Assembly (NCBI GenBank): GCA_904063045.1 | Contig: CAJFCJ010000005.1 | Coordinates: 3,094,165 to 3,158,164 of the forward strand | Direction: 5' to 3' | Origin: Dimorphilus gyrociliatus | Taxonomy: Eukaryota > Animalia > Annelida | Length of the DNA stretch: 64,000 nucleotides | Shown here: in pieces, positions 11,271-23,545 of the stretch | How positions within the stretch are numbered: position 1 is the first letter of the stretch | Layout: every line of letters starts with the position of its first letter | Program-made: the position numbers and the translations under genes | The notes under the pieces: generated by a model | Seen by the model: the letters and a program-made list of their open reading frames with translations, nothing else | Database searches by the model: none | Told to the model about the DNA's origin: nothing

Positions 11271-14200
11271 TCACCCGCACAACCTTTGTAAAATATTGTT
11301 GGAGACTTCGTTTACTGAACCATCGTTTAGGTCTTTTAATCTGAAGACGTTGTCTGAATCCGGATTGGTTGCCATATCAGATAATTCTTTTGTATCAACT
11401 CCATTGCCAACTCCAACAGTCATTAGACGGATTCTCTTTGATTTTGCATTTGACGCTTCGCGTATGGTCGATCCTCGGTTAATGTTTGATCTACCATCCG
11501 TAATAACGATGGCTATGTTATCTATTCCTCCTCTATCGCCTGCCGATGGATTATTAAACATTTGGCTATGCATGTACTGAAGTGCGGAAGCGGTATGAGT
11601 TCCTCGTCTTTGTTTCCTTTGGGTAAAGGCTATAGCATTTAAGACTTCTTTTAAGCTGGTATATTTGTTCATGGGAAATAGTTGCTCCCTAACTACTTGA
11701 TTGTCGAAAGTTAACGCTCCAACACGAGTCCTTCCGCTACTAAAGTTCAATCCCATTGTAATTTTACGAACTAGTTTCATTTGCCATTCAAAAGTTTCCT
11801 CCAGTGAACCGGAAGCATCGATTAGGAAGACCACATCAAATTGTCTGGAGCATCTTCTTTCGCATCTTTCACCGCTGTAGGCTCCATTACATAAACAAAA
11901 GAACTGTCCCAGTTCGTCAATACATCTTCCGCCATTTCTACAAGGGCTGCTAGAACATTCGTTCGTTTCGTCGCATGTAGAACCAACAATCGAACTAATC
12001 ATGGAAGGTAATTTCTCATATTTATCAACAGTAAATACGTTTGAGAAATCGGGTGAGCTTGCAATTCCTTTGATCTCCAGCTTATTGGTTCCGTCCCCGA
12101 TTGTAGCAACAGTTATATGAATACCTGAGACTCTATCAGTAATAGCTTCGGGTACAGTTTTTTCTGGGTTTACATTTGATTGGCCATCCGTAATAACTGA
12201 TTGTAGATAGATTTATTAACTAATGAATAAATGAATAATTAACTGTTACATACCAATACAGTGGTTTACAACATTAGGTCTATCTCCACCTCTGCCATTG
12301 AAAACTGAATCTCTGACCATTTTTAGAGCAGCAGCTGTATGAGTCCTGCCGAATAAGAAAGGTATCCTTTTAATAGCGTGAATAATGTCCCCTTTGTCAT
12401 AGTAAGCGTCGAGATTGAAGTGAAGGTGAGAATTGTCGGAAAAGTATAAAACGGCTACTCTGGCTTTTGTACGTGATATTTCAAACTGATCAACTATTTC
12501 TGCGGTAAATTGTTTAACTAATTCCAATCTATGTCTTCGAATGGAACCGGAAACATCTATTATAAAAGCAATATCGGCTTGAGCATCGCAGCGTCTTTCG
12601 CAGTTTTTTCCCGTTGTTCCAGAGTTACATTCGCAAGTATAAGTATTTATACCATCGATACAACGTGCGCCATTTGAACATGGATTACTTGCGCAATTGT
12701 TGATGTCTAATTTTTAAGATAAAAAAAGATGAATATTAATTAACTAGTTAAATAGTTATTCAATTACTAATTGGAAATAATAAAAAAAATTGCTTACTAT
12801 TACAAATGGCATCAATCATTTGCAAAGTATATCTTGGATTGTATAGGTCATCGAAAGTGTTAAGTTGTAATATATTCTTATCGTTTGGATCAGACGCAAT
12901 ACCCTCTAATTCACTAAGACCTTTACTATTGACTTTAAGACCGACCCCGAGCATTGTTATATCTCTGTTATGCAGCTCGACGGCATTCTTCCAAGTTTGA
13001 TCTGGGTTAGCAGACATTCCGTCAGTGATAACAATACCGACTGATCGAACATTTCGTCTAGCCGAATTAAACATGTCTCTCATTTGAACAAGTGCTTGAG
13101 AAGTTTTTGTTGCACCATTCATAAAAGGAAAACTTAGGGCGTTAGCTGCCTCATCAGAGTTCCTATACTTATTGAATGGGAATCTAACGATTGTTTGATC
13201 CGCAAATGTCAATACTCCTACTCGTACATTGTTCTCGAGTGGAAGTCCTCTGACAATGTTTTTAACATAATTTAATACGGCATAATATCTTTTTGGTCCT
13301 ATCGAATCGGATGAGTCAATTGCTATGGATACATCCGCTTGTTCACGGCATCTGTACTCGCATCTTGGTCCAACGAATCCATTGCGACATCTGCAGGTAA
13401 ACTTATTGATATCATCGATACACTCTCCATTGTTGCAGGAATTGTCTTGACACTCAACGACATCTATGTCAATTAATGTTTAACGATATAACATTAATCA
13501 TTTGAAATTCTACGAACCGTTACAAATAGCTCTAGTTAAAGCACCAGCTACGTCAGACAATTGTCTAAATCTTGTCGAATTGAAAACGTTTAATGTGTCT
13601 GGATCTGTTGCTATTTCGGCCATTTCTATTCTATCAACCCAATCTGAACCAGAAACAACAAGAATTGTGATTCCCTTTAGTCTAGCTTTACTGGCTTCGG
13701 ACGTACTTTCAATCATATTGTTTGAATTACCATCTATACGGGTAAGAACGATCTTGAAAAAATGTGATTAAGAACAAAGAAATTCTCCTATGTCTTACCT
13801 CCAATCAATACCATTATATTTCTTACATTTGAACGATCGCCACCAGTACCAAACATTCTCTCTGAAGCTGTTCTAATAGCGCTTGCGACGTTTGTCGTTC
13901 CACCCATATATCTAAGATTATTCAGAGCCGTTTTGATTCGATCGGTTGATGTATATTGATTTAAATTAAAACCAATTTGGGCGGAACCTCCATAAGTAAC
14001 TACGCCAACTCTAGTTTGGCCAGCCTCAATATTCAATTTACGTATAATATTGTTTACGAACGTCTTTTGGTGGTTAAAGTTTGTATGACCAACCGAACCT
14101 TTAATAGAAAATAGCCTGCCAATAAATTGAAAGAAAAAACTTAAACTACAAACCCGATGAATCCATAAGAAATACAACGTCTGAACCTTGCCGACAATCG

Positions 14201-14921
14201 CTAACGGCTGTACATGCTGTATCTACCACTAATTTACGAATAGAATCCAAAGTATCGAAGTCGGCGTTAAAGACAAACTTTTCCGAAGGCTTATTGGCAA
14301 TACCCTCTAATTCTGATTTACTAGTTTTCTCACCAATACCAATAGCTAGGATAATAATATTTTTATCTCTAGCCTTATTGGCTTCTGGTACAGTTTGATC
14401 TTTGTCGAAGGTAGATTCACCGTCCGTTATAACAACGGCTATGTTAGGAGCGTTAGGACGATCACCATTAGCAGTGGTAAACATCTGTTCATGCATAACA
14501 CGAATACCACCAGAAGTATTTGTATTCTGATCAAGATATTTAATGCCTAAAATAGCATTTCCTAGCAATTTCTTGTCAGAATATTCGTTAAGATGAAAGA
14601 CCGGCTTGGCTTTATTACCATAAACGACAACACCAACTCTAGTAAAAGTTGGTCCTATTCTAAAGTTATCAGTAACATTTTTAGTAAAACTTAATAGTCT
14701 TAACCAATTTGGTGGCTTGATTGATCCAGAGGAATCTAGTACGAATACTATGTCGACTAAATCGCAAGTTTCGTCTAAAAAATGAATGATAAGATATGAA
14801 TAAATGTCAAAATCATTTCAATTAATAATTAAATAAAAGTATCAGAATATATTTTACCTTCAAGAATTTGACTTGTTGAAAAAACAACGAACGAAAATAA
14901 AACTATTAAAAGGAGTTTCAT
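11271..14921 (-). CDS. Secreted multi-VWA/EGF protein: SP-VWA-VWA-EGF-VWA-EGF-VWA-EGF-VWA (matrilin/collagen VI-like VWA domains, no collagen helix)
   Basis: Signal peptide MKLLLIVLFSFVVFSTSQ. Five VWA domains, each with a DxSxS motif (DSSGS, DSSGS, DSSDS, DVSGS, DASGS). Three EGF repeats (e.g. NECSSSPCRNGGRCIDELGQFFCLC). Seven short GT-AG introns join the ORF-track pieces. Confidence 0.9.
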
Positions 14922-15892
14922 GATTGAAGTCTCCGTCTCGACTGATCGAAATCAACAGACATTCCACCCACACACTAATTCATAACACGAAATGCTGCTG
15001 AAATCCATATTTATTCAAGCATATTTTACTGTTAGAAGAATATACAAATATATACGGACTATTTGCATGGTAAGACTTAGAAGGGAACCGACAATCAACG
15101 GAATTTAGTCGATAACTTATTGAATTTGAACCATTTAGAGGATCTTTAAATGCAATATAAATTATAGTTTGTTAATACGTGCGATAAACATGTTTGAATA
15201 GTATGAAAACGAGGTTTAAATTAAAAAATTCTTAGGTGTTGGGAATATATACCGAAGGTGACTTAAACATAAATATTCAGGCTTTTTCCTTTTACTTTAA
15301 GCATTTTTCTATGTAATGAATCATTTCAAATCTATTTGATAAATAACTTAATTAAATAATTCAAAGAAAAAGTTCAAAAAGCGAATATATAAATATATAT
15401 ATATATATATAAATAATGAATAAATTGATGGCTTTTTTTAGACTAAGAAAAAATTTAGCATTTATTTTCAAAATAGTTACATAAACTTGTATATCTTTGG
15501 ATATACTGCTTAGTTGCTATATATATAAATTTCGTCTATTTTAGTACCTTTCTTACGTGTGCTTAATAGATTAGTTTACCTTTTTCTTTCTTTCTATTTT
15601 TGAATAATATTTTAAAATGAAACAATACGCCTATATACTTTTCAAACATATTTATCATTTATAGTTCCTTGTAAGTGTTTCTCCCTAAACTGATACTTCC
15701 TCTACATTCCTTTGAAGTATCTAGACAAATTTTTGAATAGTTACATTCCTTTAAGTTAATAATTTAAACAGTACAATATGCTTTTATTATTCATTGATGA
15801 GGTATTGCAGTATATTTAGTCAGATAAAAACTATGTACTGGCATCTGTAAATCTAATTGAAAAATAGTTGCTTTTTATCTTTTTTATTTGAT

Positions 15893-18229
15893 TCAATCTA
15901 AATTATCAATTGGAATGGGAGTTACATCAATTTTTTCGGCGCCTTTGCAGAAACGGAAAACTTGCCCTTCCTTAATCACTTCTAGACATTCATAATTACC
16001 GTTACAACGGTAAAACTATTTTGAAGAAAAAATTCCAATTATTATTCATTTTATATTGTATGTTTTCTTTCACTACTTACCTCGCATGGCTGTGTTGGAT
16101 TGCATTCGCAGGTGGGACATCCTCGTTCATCAAATTGTCTACCTGCAAGTCCACAGTCATTATGACATTCTGGACATTCATTGGAAAGACAATAAGGTTT
16201 TGGTAATGTACAACCAGCAACAACACATGAAGGTTCAACAACACACCTTTTACCGTTAGGACATACAATATCCTCACAAGTAGGCAGTTCATCATTACAT
16301 TGGCATGTTTCACATCCCGTTAAAGGATTCTTTTTGAAACCATTCTCACAAAATTTATTGCAACCTCGTTGAAAGCATACACATTTAGTTTTCCAAGGTT
16401 TACAATCAGTTGAATGTGATTTACAATCTACTTTCTCAACAATACACTCTTGTCCTATTGAACACGTTGTATTATCACATAAATTGTTGGGTGCGCAGTC
16501 ACAAGTTAAACAACCAGTTTTACTAACAATTCGTTTTTGATTTTGTGGGCATTCCTTCGAACAAGCAATAATTCCACATAATTGGCAAAAAATATCATTT
16601 CCTAGGACTGTACATTCGCTATCAAAGGGGCATTTAAGCTGATCGCACGAATATGGTATATTACATTCACAAGTTGGGCATCCATTACCATCTTTCTTCT
16701 GTCCCCATGAGCATAAAAATGGAAGTGTCGTACAGTTAAGGTCAGGGCAATACTTTTCACAGGTAGCTATCATTAAAGGACATGGAACTCCTGGATCGCA
16801 TTCAGGGGTTGTAACCTGGCAAAATTCGTCAAGTGCGCATTTAATCTGTCCACAATCGTCCGGGGGAGTACAAATATCTGTTTGACATCCATCCGGTGTA
16901 TTTAAGCAACCATATGGGCAATGCTCAGGACATTCAACAGCTATACAGTTTGGTATACAAGTAATGTATGGCTTTTCGCAATCTTCATCACAACCTTCAG
17001 AGTTAGGAACACAATCTGGAGACATGCCTTCGGAACATTCACATTTTGGACAGTCTGGTTTGACTAATTTACAGACTGAACCTGTCGGGCACGATACATT
17101 AGAGCAACTTTGCATTGGTACACATTTCCTGCAAACTGATCGAGAACAGTCGTCAGTAGAGTTGATACATTCAAAACCAATACCGCAATCCCTAATTTCG
17201 CAGGTTTCCAGAACGCATTTCGGAAGTTTTTTCATACATGGAAAAGTAGTGCATTCAGCGTCTCTCATTTCACATATAAATCCGTCAGGACAGTGAACAA
17301 CATCGCACGAAGCTGGAATACATTCTGCATGTTTGTGCCGTTCATTAAAGAGATGATTATTATGCTCATTATGCTCTGCGCATACATATTTATCTTTACA
17401 AGTTATTTCGTTACATGTAGGTAGATAACAGTTACAACTTTTACATTTATTAGACATTCTCCTATGACCATGTGTACAACTGAGGCCACAACTCAGTGGA
17501 TTAAAGCAAGAATTTGGTACACATATAAACTTTTGTTCACAAATTTCTTGAGGTGGACATTGAAGTCCAACAATTTCGCAATGTTCATCTTCTTTGCATT
17601 GAATATCCTTACAAGACTGTTTCAAATTTTTAGAACACCTAATACATTCGTCAGCAAATGAACATTTGTCAGGTGAACTAAAACATTGAGTGCAAATGAA
17701 CTCGCAAAAAAAGTTCATTAAGAATAAAGGCATACATCTTGCCTCCTGTCTGCACTCATCCATACGATTTGAGTTTACTGAAATGGTATTGTTTGCTTCG
17801 ATCTCAGGTGAGCTGTTACACATGTTAACTTCAAAGCATTTATCATAAGTTGGATGGCATTGAACATCACTACATTTTTCTTTTGCTGTCGTTATACAGC
17901 TGGAACAGTCAGGGCAACCTAAAAAAGAAATATTGCATAATGAAATCCTAATTAAAATGAAAAATAACTTTTATTCAGTTTTCTTTAGTAAAGAAAGTTC
18001 CTCTTTTAAAGAAACTTTTTATCATACCATCATCGCTATAAGTTAAGAAACCCTTTTCACAGATACAAGGTAGGCACGTTACGCATTCACATGTTGGACA
18101 TCCCTGCTCATCAAATATTTCCTTTACACCAAAATAACACTCAGCGACATCACACGGAGGACATACTAGACTGCAAGTTAACTTGAAAATTCCACACGTA
18201 AATATTAAAAATCCTATAAATGATCTCAT
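15893..18229 (-). CDS. Secreted Cys-rich protein A with antistasin-like and follistatin-N-like repeats; 3 exons
   Basis: Signal peptide MRSFIGFLIFTCGIFKLTCS; repeats of the type C-x3-C-xx-G...GCPTCEC. Introns at 17919-18027 and 16016-16080. The last exon ends FRFCKGAEKIDVTPIPIDNLD*. Confidence 0.88.
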
Positions 18230-18962
18230 TTTTCTATAAGGAAATTATCCTGAAATTATACATATAAACCTATCATAGTAACTTTACAAGTATTGTTTAT
18301 ATTTACTTCTTTTTATGTACTTTCCAGAAATGACAAAAATGAAATTGAAACAAGAGCTTTCAATGAAAAAAACTTTTCCTCTTTTCCTATCAAGAAAGTT
18401 AAAGACTGTATAAAATATTAATTATAGTGTTGATCAATTCTGATTAACGAGGCAACGACCCAATTTAAAACCTAAATAGCACACGTGAGTAATTGTCAAG
18501 CAAACAACTCATTTTTATTACTTCATTCGAATGTCTTAAATAGTAATAAGAAAACAAGGCAATGGTCTAGAAAGGAGATGAGTGATTTAAAAGGAAGCCG
18601 ATAGATTAATGCTATGGAAAAAAAACTGGGGATACATTGGAATGAAAATAACTATGGAAAAGTTGTAATATTTTTAGGCTGTAACCCGAAAAGTAGATAT
18701 TCATCACTTTTTAATTAGGGTATTTATCTTCATTAAAAGCTACTTCTATTCATTAACACCAGTCCTACCCTTTATGAACATATTATAGGTACAGATCTAT
18801 ATATGCCAATGTATATCAATAATACTTAAACAATTCGTTACAAACTCAGTTTTACATTTGTAAATTTTTTTATTTTTTCCTATAATTGAAAAATTATTTC
18901 TTTCACAAGTTTATAGAGTTAATCTTCAATCGTTTAGGAAATTTTTGTTGATGCTATCGACT

Positions 18963-21408
18963 TTAAATCGGAGTTGGAATCACATCAATTTTTTTGGCGC
19001 CTTTGCAGAAACGGAATAGTTTTCCTTTCTTCAGCATTTGCCGACATTCATACTCGTCGGGGCATTGGAAACCCTATTTCAAAGAAAATTTCTATTATTA
19101 ATCAATTTACTTTACGAAATTCATTCATTTCTTACCTCGCAAACCTCTGTTGGATTACATTTGCAAGTAGGACAGCCACTTGCATCTTGTTCGTGACCTT
19201 CAGGTCCACAATTGATGTCGCAAAATAGTTCGCCACAATCTGGTATACACTTGCAAGTTTTACAGCCATTATCATCAATATCTCTCCTAAATCCTAAATT
19301 ACACTGTGGACACAATTCCAATTTTGGACAGATCACACAGACTGGTTTTGGTAGTGGGCATCCGCTACCCGTACATGTGGGTGAAACAACACATGTTTTA
19401 CCTGTGGGACATTTAATATCTTCACAAGTAGGGAGATCATCGTTACATTCACATGTGTCACATCCTGTTAGAGGATTCTTTTTGAAGCCATTCTCACAAA
19501 ATTTATGGCAATCTTGCTGTATGCAGACACACTTGGTTTTCCAAGATTGGCAATTAGTATCATTTTGCTTACAGTCCAATTTCTGAACAATGCACTCTTT
19601 TCCTATCGAACAGGTCACATCTTCACATACGTCGCTTGGTGTACAATCACAGACTGTACAACCGAAATGATCAACCATACGCTCTTGACCTTGTGGGCAT
19701 TCTTTTGGACATTCCACTATTCCACATGATTGGCATGAAATTTCATCATTCTTAGCCCTACACATATTATCGGCATGGCATTTGATCTGATCGCATGAAT
19801 CTGGTTTATTACACTCACAAGTTGGACAGCCGTTGCTATCTAACTTCATTCCCCATGGGCAAATGTCATGAGATTTAGTACAGCTGAGATCAGGACAATA
19901 CTTTACGCATGTAGCAATCATTGAAGCACACGGACCTTCTGAATCGCAATCAGGGGTTGTAACTTGGCAAATTTCTCCAGTTTTGCATTCGAGCGAATCA
20001 CAATCACTGGGTGGAGCGCAAATTGTTGTTAAACATCCGCCAACGGTTTTTAAGCAACCAAATTTGCAATTAGCAGGACATTCTACTTCTTTGCAGTTAG
20101 GGGCACAAGTAGCATATGGTTTTTCGCAATCTTTGTCACAACCTTCAGAGTTGGGAACACAGTCTGGAGACATACCTTCGGAACAGGTACACTCGGGGCA
20201 TTCAGGCTTTATTATTTTACAAACTGTTCCAGGTTTGCAAGTCATCTTAGAGCAGTCTTTGTGTGGCACGCATTTTGGACAAACTGATAGAGAGCAACCT
20301 TCAGTGGAATGAATGCAGTCAAACTCATTACCGCAGTCAATATTATCACAAGTTTCAAGAACGCATTTTGGAAGTGCTTCTGTGCAAGGTGGTGAAACGC
20401 ATTTAATATCTTCTTGCTTACAAATGAAGCCTGAAGCACATTGAACATTCTCGCATGTAGCAGGAATGCATTTAGCTTCTTGATAACAATCTGCGTCGGT
20501 TTCACCCAAGCAAACCTCTTTTTCGACACATAGATAATCATCTTTGCAGGTAATATCTTTACAAGATGGAATTTTGCATTCGCACTGAGGACACTTGTTT
20601 TCCAATCTTTTTAAGCCGTGCTTACATTCTAGAGGACAATACATCGGATAAGAGCAATTATTTGGAACACAAACGGCTTTTGCTTTGCATAATTCATTAG
20701 CAGGACAAGTTAGCTTTTCTAATTCACAGTGCTCGTTTTCCTTGCAGTTAGCTTGAGAACATAATGATAAATGTGATTTTTTGCATGTTTTTTCGCATTC
20801 GGCGGCAAATGGTTGGTTGGGCTTGGTGAATAGAGGACAGATATGAGAACACCAAAATTCAGTCAATATTTTTGGTGTGCATCTGGCTTCGGTGACGCAT
20901 TCAGCATCCGTATTACACCTTTGTATCTCATTGCAGAAAAAGTGTTCTTTATAGCATTCAACTTCAGTGCATGATCCTGCAGGCTTTTTGAGGCAGCTTG
21001 AACAATCGGGACATCCTAATGTAAAAGTAAAAAATTGAGGAATTTAGCAGAGGAATAAGGGATTTTTAAAGAAATAAAATAGAATAGCAAACACTAGGAA
21101 TAGGGGAATGCATAGAGGGCGTAACTGTAAACAGTTCAAATCAAGGGGCCCGTTCTTTACTTAATTTGTTTTTCAAGTGACAAGTAGAAATATAAAGTAC
21201 CTTCTGTATCATAGTCTGTAAAACCGAACAAACATTCGCTTGAGCAGTCTTCACACGTTAAACATGCGCAAGTCGGGCAGCCGTCTTCACCAATTGTCTC
21301 ACTTAAGCCATAAGGACATGAATCAAGGTCACAGGCTGGGCATTCTAGACTGGCGGCTAAATGCGCCAGTCCACAGCAGAAGAGCAAAAATCCAATGACA
21401 GATTTCAT
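18963..21408 (-). CDS. Secreted Cys-rich protein B, tandem paralog of A; 3 coding exons
   Basis: Signal peptide MKSVIGFLLFCCGLAHLAAS. Colinear with A, with shared blocks such as CSEGMSPDCVPNSEGCD and KFCENGFKKNPLTGC. Introns at the same positions (21016-21200, 19074-19135). Ends FRFCKGAKKIDVIPTPI*. Confidence 0.88.
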
Positions 21409-23545
21409 TACCTATAATGAAAATATTAGATAACTATAAAACAAAAATTATCAAAGGGAAAACATACTTGATTTTGTTCACTACAACTTTCTCTTGCTGT
21501 GAAACCTATGAGAAATTGGACCAAGAATATTCAAGAAATTTCTTTTTTCCCTTTCAAACAGGTTCAAAGCAGAAGTAAGAAGTCAAGTTGAAGTTTGCCT
21601 GGAGGTATTAGACGAGAGAATGACACCTGAAATCGCTGTTTGACAGTTGTAGCTGAGTATCTACTCAATTAAAAGTCGATGCTAATTGGCTAATCACTGG
21701 AGAAAATACAGAAAAACATGCAAGACAGACATGTAGTTCGAGAAAATGGACAATTAACATAAAGTTAAGCGAACAGAGCGTTAAATTGATAGAATTACCT
21801 AAATATTAATAAATTAACGCTAAATATGTTAATAAACAAAATACTCTATTATTAATATGTAATACACTTCATTATTGCAGCTAGAAAGAGAAGTAATAGG
21901 AATCGTTCGAAAGAATAGAACAAAAATAAGATACTAAAGTATAATATATTAATAACAGAATTTGGTCATTAACTCCGTCCACTATTTCTACAATAAGAGA
22001 AAAAGACACAATATTGTAATAATTCGAAGAAAAAGGATGGTTAAATCTCTTCTATTTACAAATATTTTATAAGATAACACTAAGATGTTTTATTGATTTT
22101 ATACCATTTATTTAAATATTTATATCAAGGTGTTTATATATTTATTAATATTATATATAGAACCATTTTTTACGTAATATACTAGATATTTTATAAGAAA
22201 AGGTTAAGTACTACTATTTATAACCATAGAAAGTTCCCTAAGGTCACTAATCTCTTGTTCTCATTTCTTATCCAAACTTGAAATAACAATTTGCTCTTAA
22301 CAACGTCGTTGTACAAATTTTACCGAGATTCGTTATATTTTCCATATCATAATATAATTTGGCTAGTAGATAAACTATATCACGCCCTGTTAACTAATAG
22401 CTTTTTAGGTTAAGTGGGATGGAAATATTCTAATGTTTAGTTAAATAAATCAAATAGGTGAGACAAACTTCGAAACAAAGAAGATAGAATTTAGTCTAAC
22501 TATAAAAGAGTTATACCAAGCTTCTGACATTTTTGGAATATTTCAAATAGTTGCCTGACTATATATATCATTTATAAACTACAAAAAAACATTACATTAT
22601 TCACAATATGCTTAAATGTTCTAGCCCTGTAAATGCTCTGATTAACATTTCAAATCTGCAACACGCTTAATTTTTCCAGGACGCATAACTTATAACTGAT
22701 GACATCATTCTAACTAGTACAGTGTTATACAAACTATGGGTGAATTGCCGGAAATCTATGTTGTCTATTGAACAAAAAGAAAAAAAGTTTAATGGAACAG
22801 TTTGCGATTGTCTTCCTCTGTATTGCAATTCCATTTTTATTGATTTATTCATAATATATCTATAAATATATAGCTCTTTGTATAGATTTTATTTATATGT
22901 ACAAACAGTGTACATATTTAGGTAACCTACTATGGTAGATTTATTATCTTTTCTTGCTCAGAACAAATGATAAATCGTTACAATCAAACAGCTTGATAAA
23001 AAGAGATATTTATTATATATTATACAATAAATCATTCTAACAATAGAAATGATATATAAAAGAAATTATTTAGAGAGGTCTCAAAGTAAAAAATAGGTCA
23101 TAGTTGATTCACCTCTTAACTAATTTACAAATGAATAATTTATGTACTAGGATAACAAAGTTAATGTCGTCACAGGAACAAATATTTAAAATTCTGAGAC
23201 AATACAAAGAATATTTTTTCATAACAGATAGAAATATTACAAAATATTAGATCTAAAAATATACAAAGCAATATGATTCAAAAACCCGGAAAAAGTCTAT
23301 TAATATCAAAAGAAAAAAACATTGAATTTTACATGTGTACAGGTATAATTTAATATAAAATCTATTAAGTATGCTCTTACCGAATGAAAAAAGAAAAATA
23401 GTTCTCTAATTGATTATCTCTTATTTCATCGTTTAAGTATATAAGCCCGAAGAAATCCATAAAGCCATAATAACATCCCATGTTAATCATTTCATTCTCT
23501 AAGGATCACCGGCTAAACATAGGCAGCTCTACCTAGCTGAAAAAA

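Noticed and set aside
15061-15068. Isolated octamer motifs (15061, 51831)
   Set aside because: Several single copies are expected by chance at this base composition.
16021-20541. Plus-strand and alternate-frame ORFs over the Cys-rich genes
   Set aside because: Overlapping shadows of the antistasin-like CDSs with no recognisable motifs.
22667-22852. Slightly GC-richer patch upstream of the mucin, open on both strands; tested as a lost lectin exon
   Set aside because: No CTL motifs and no consistent splice phase with the mucin.
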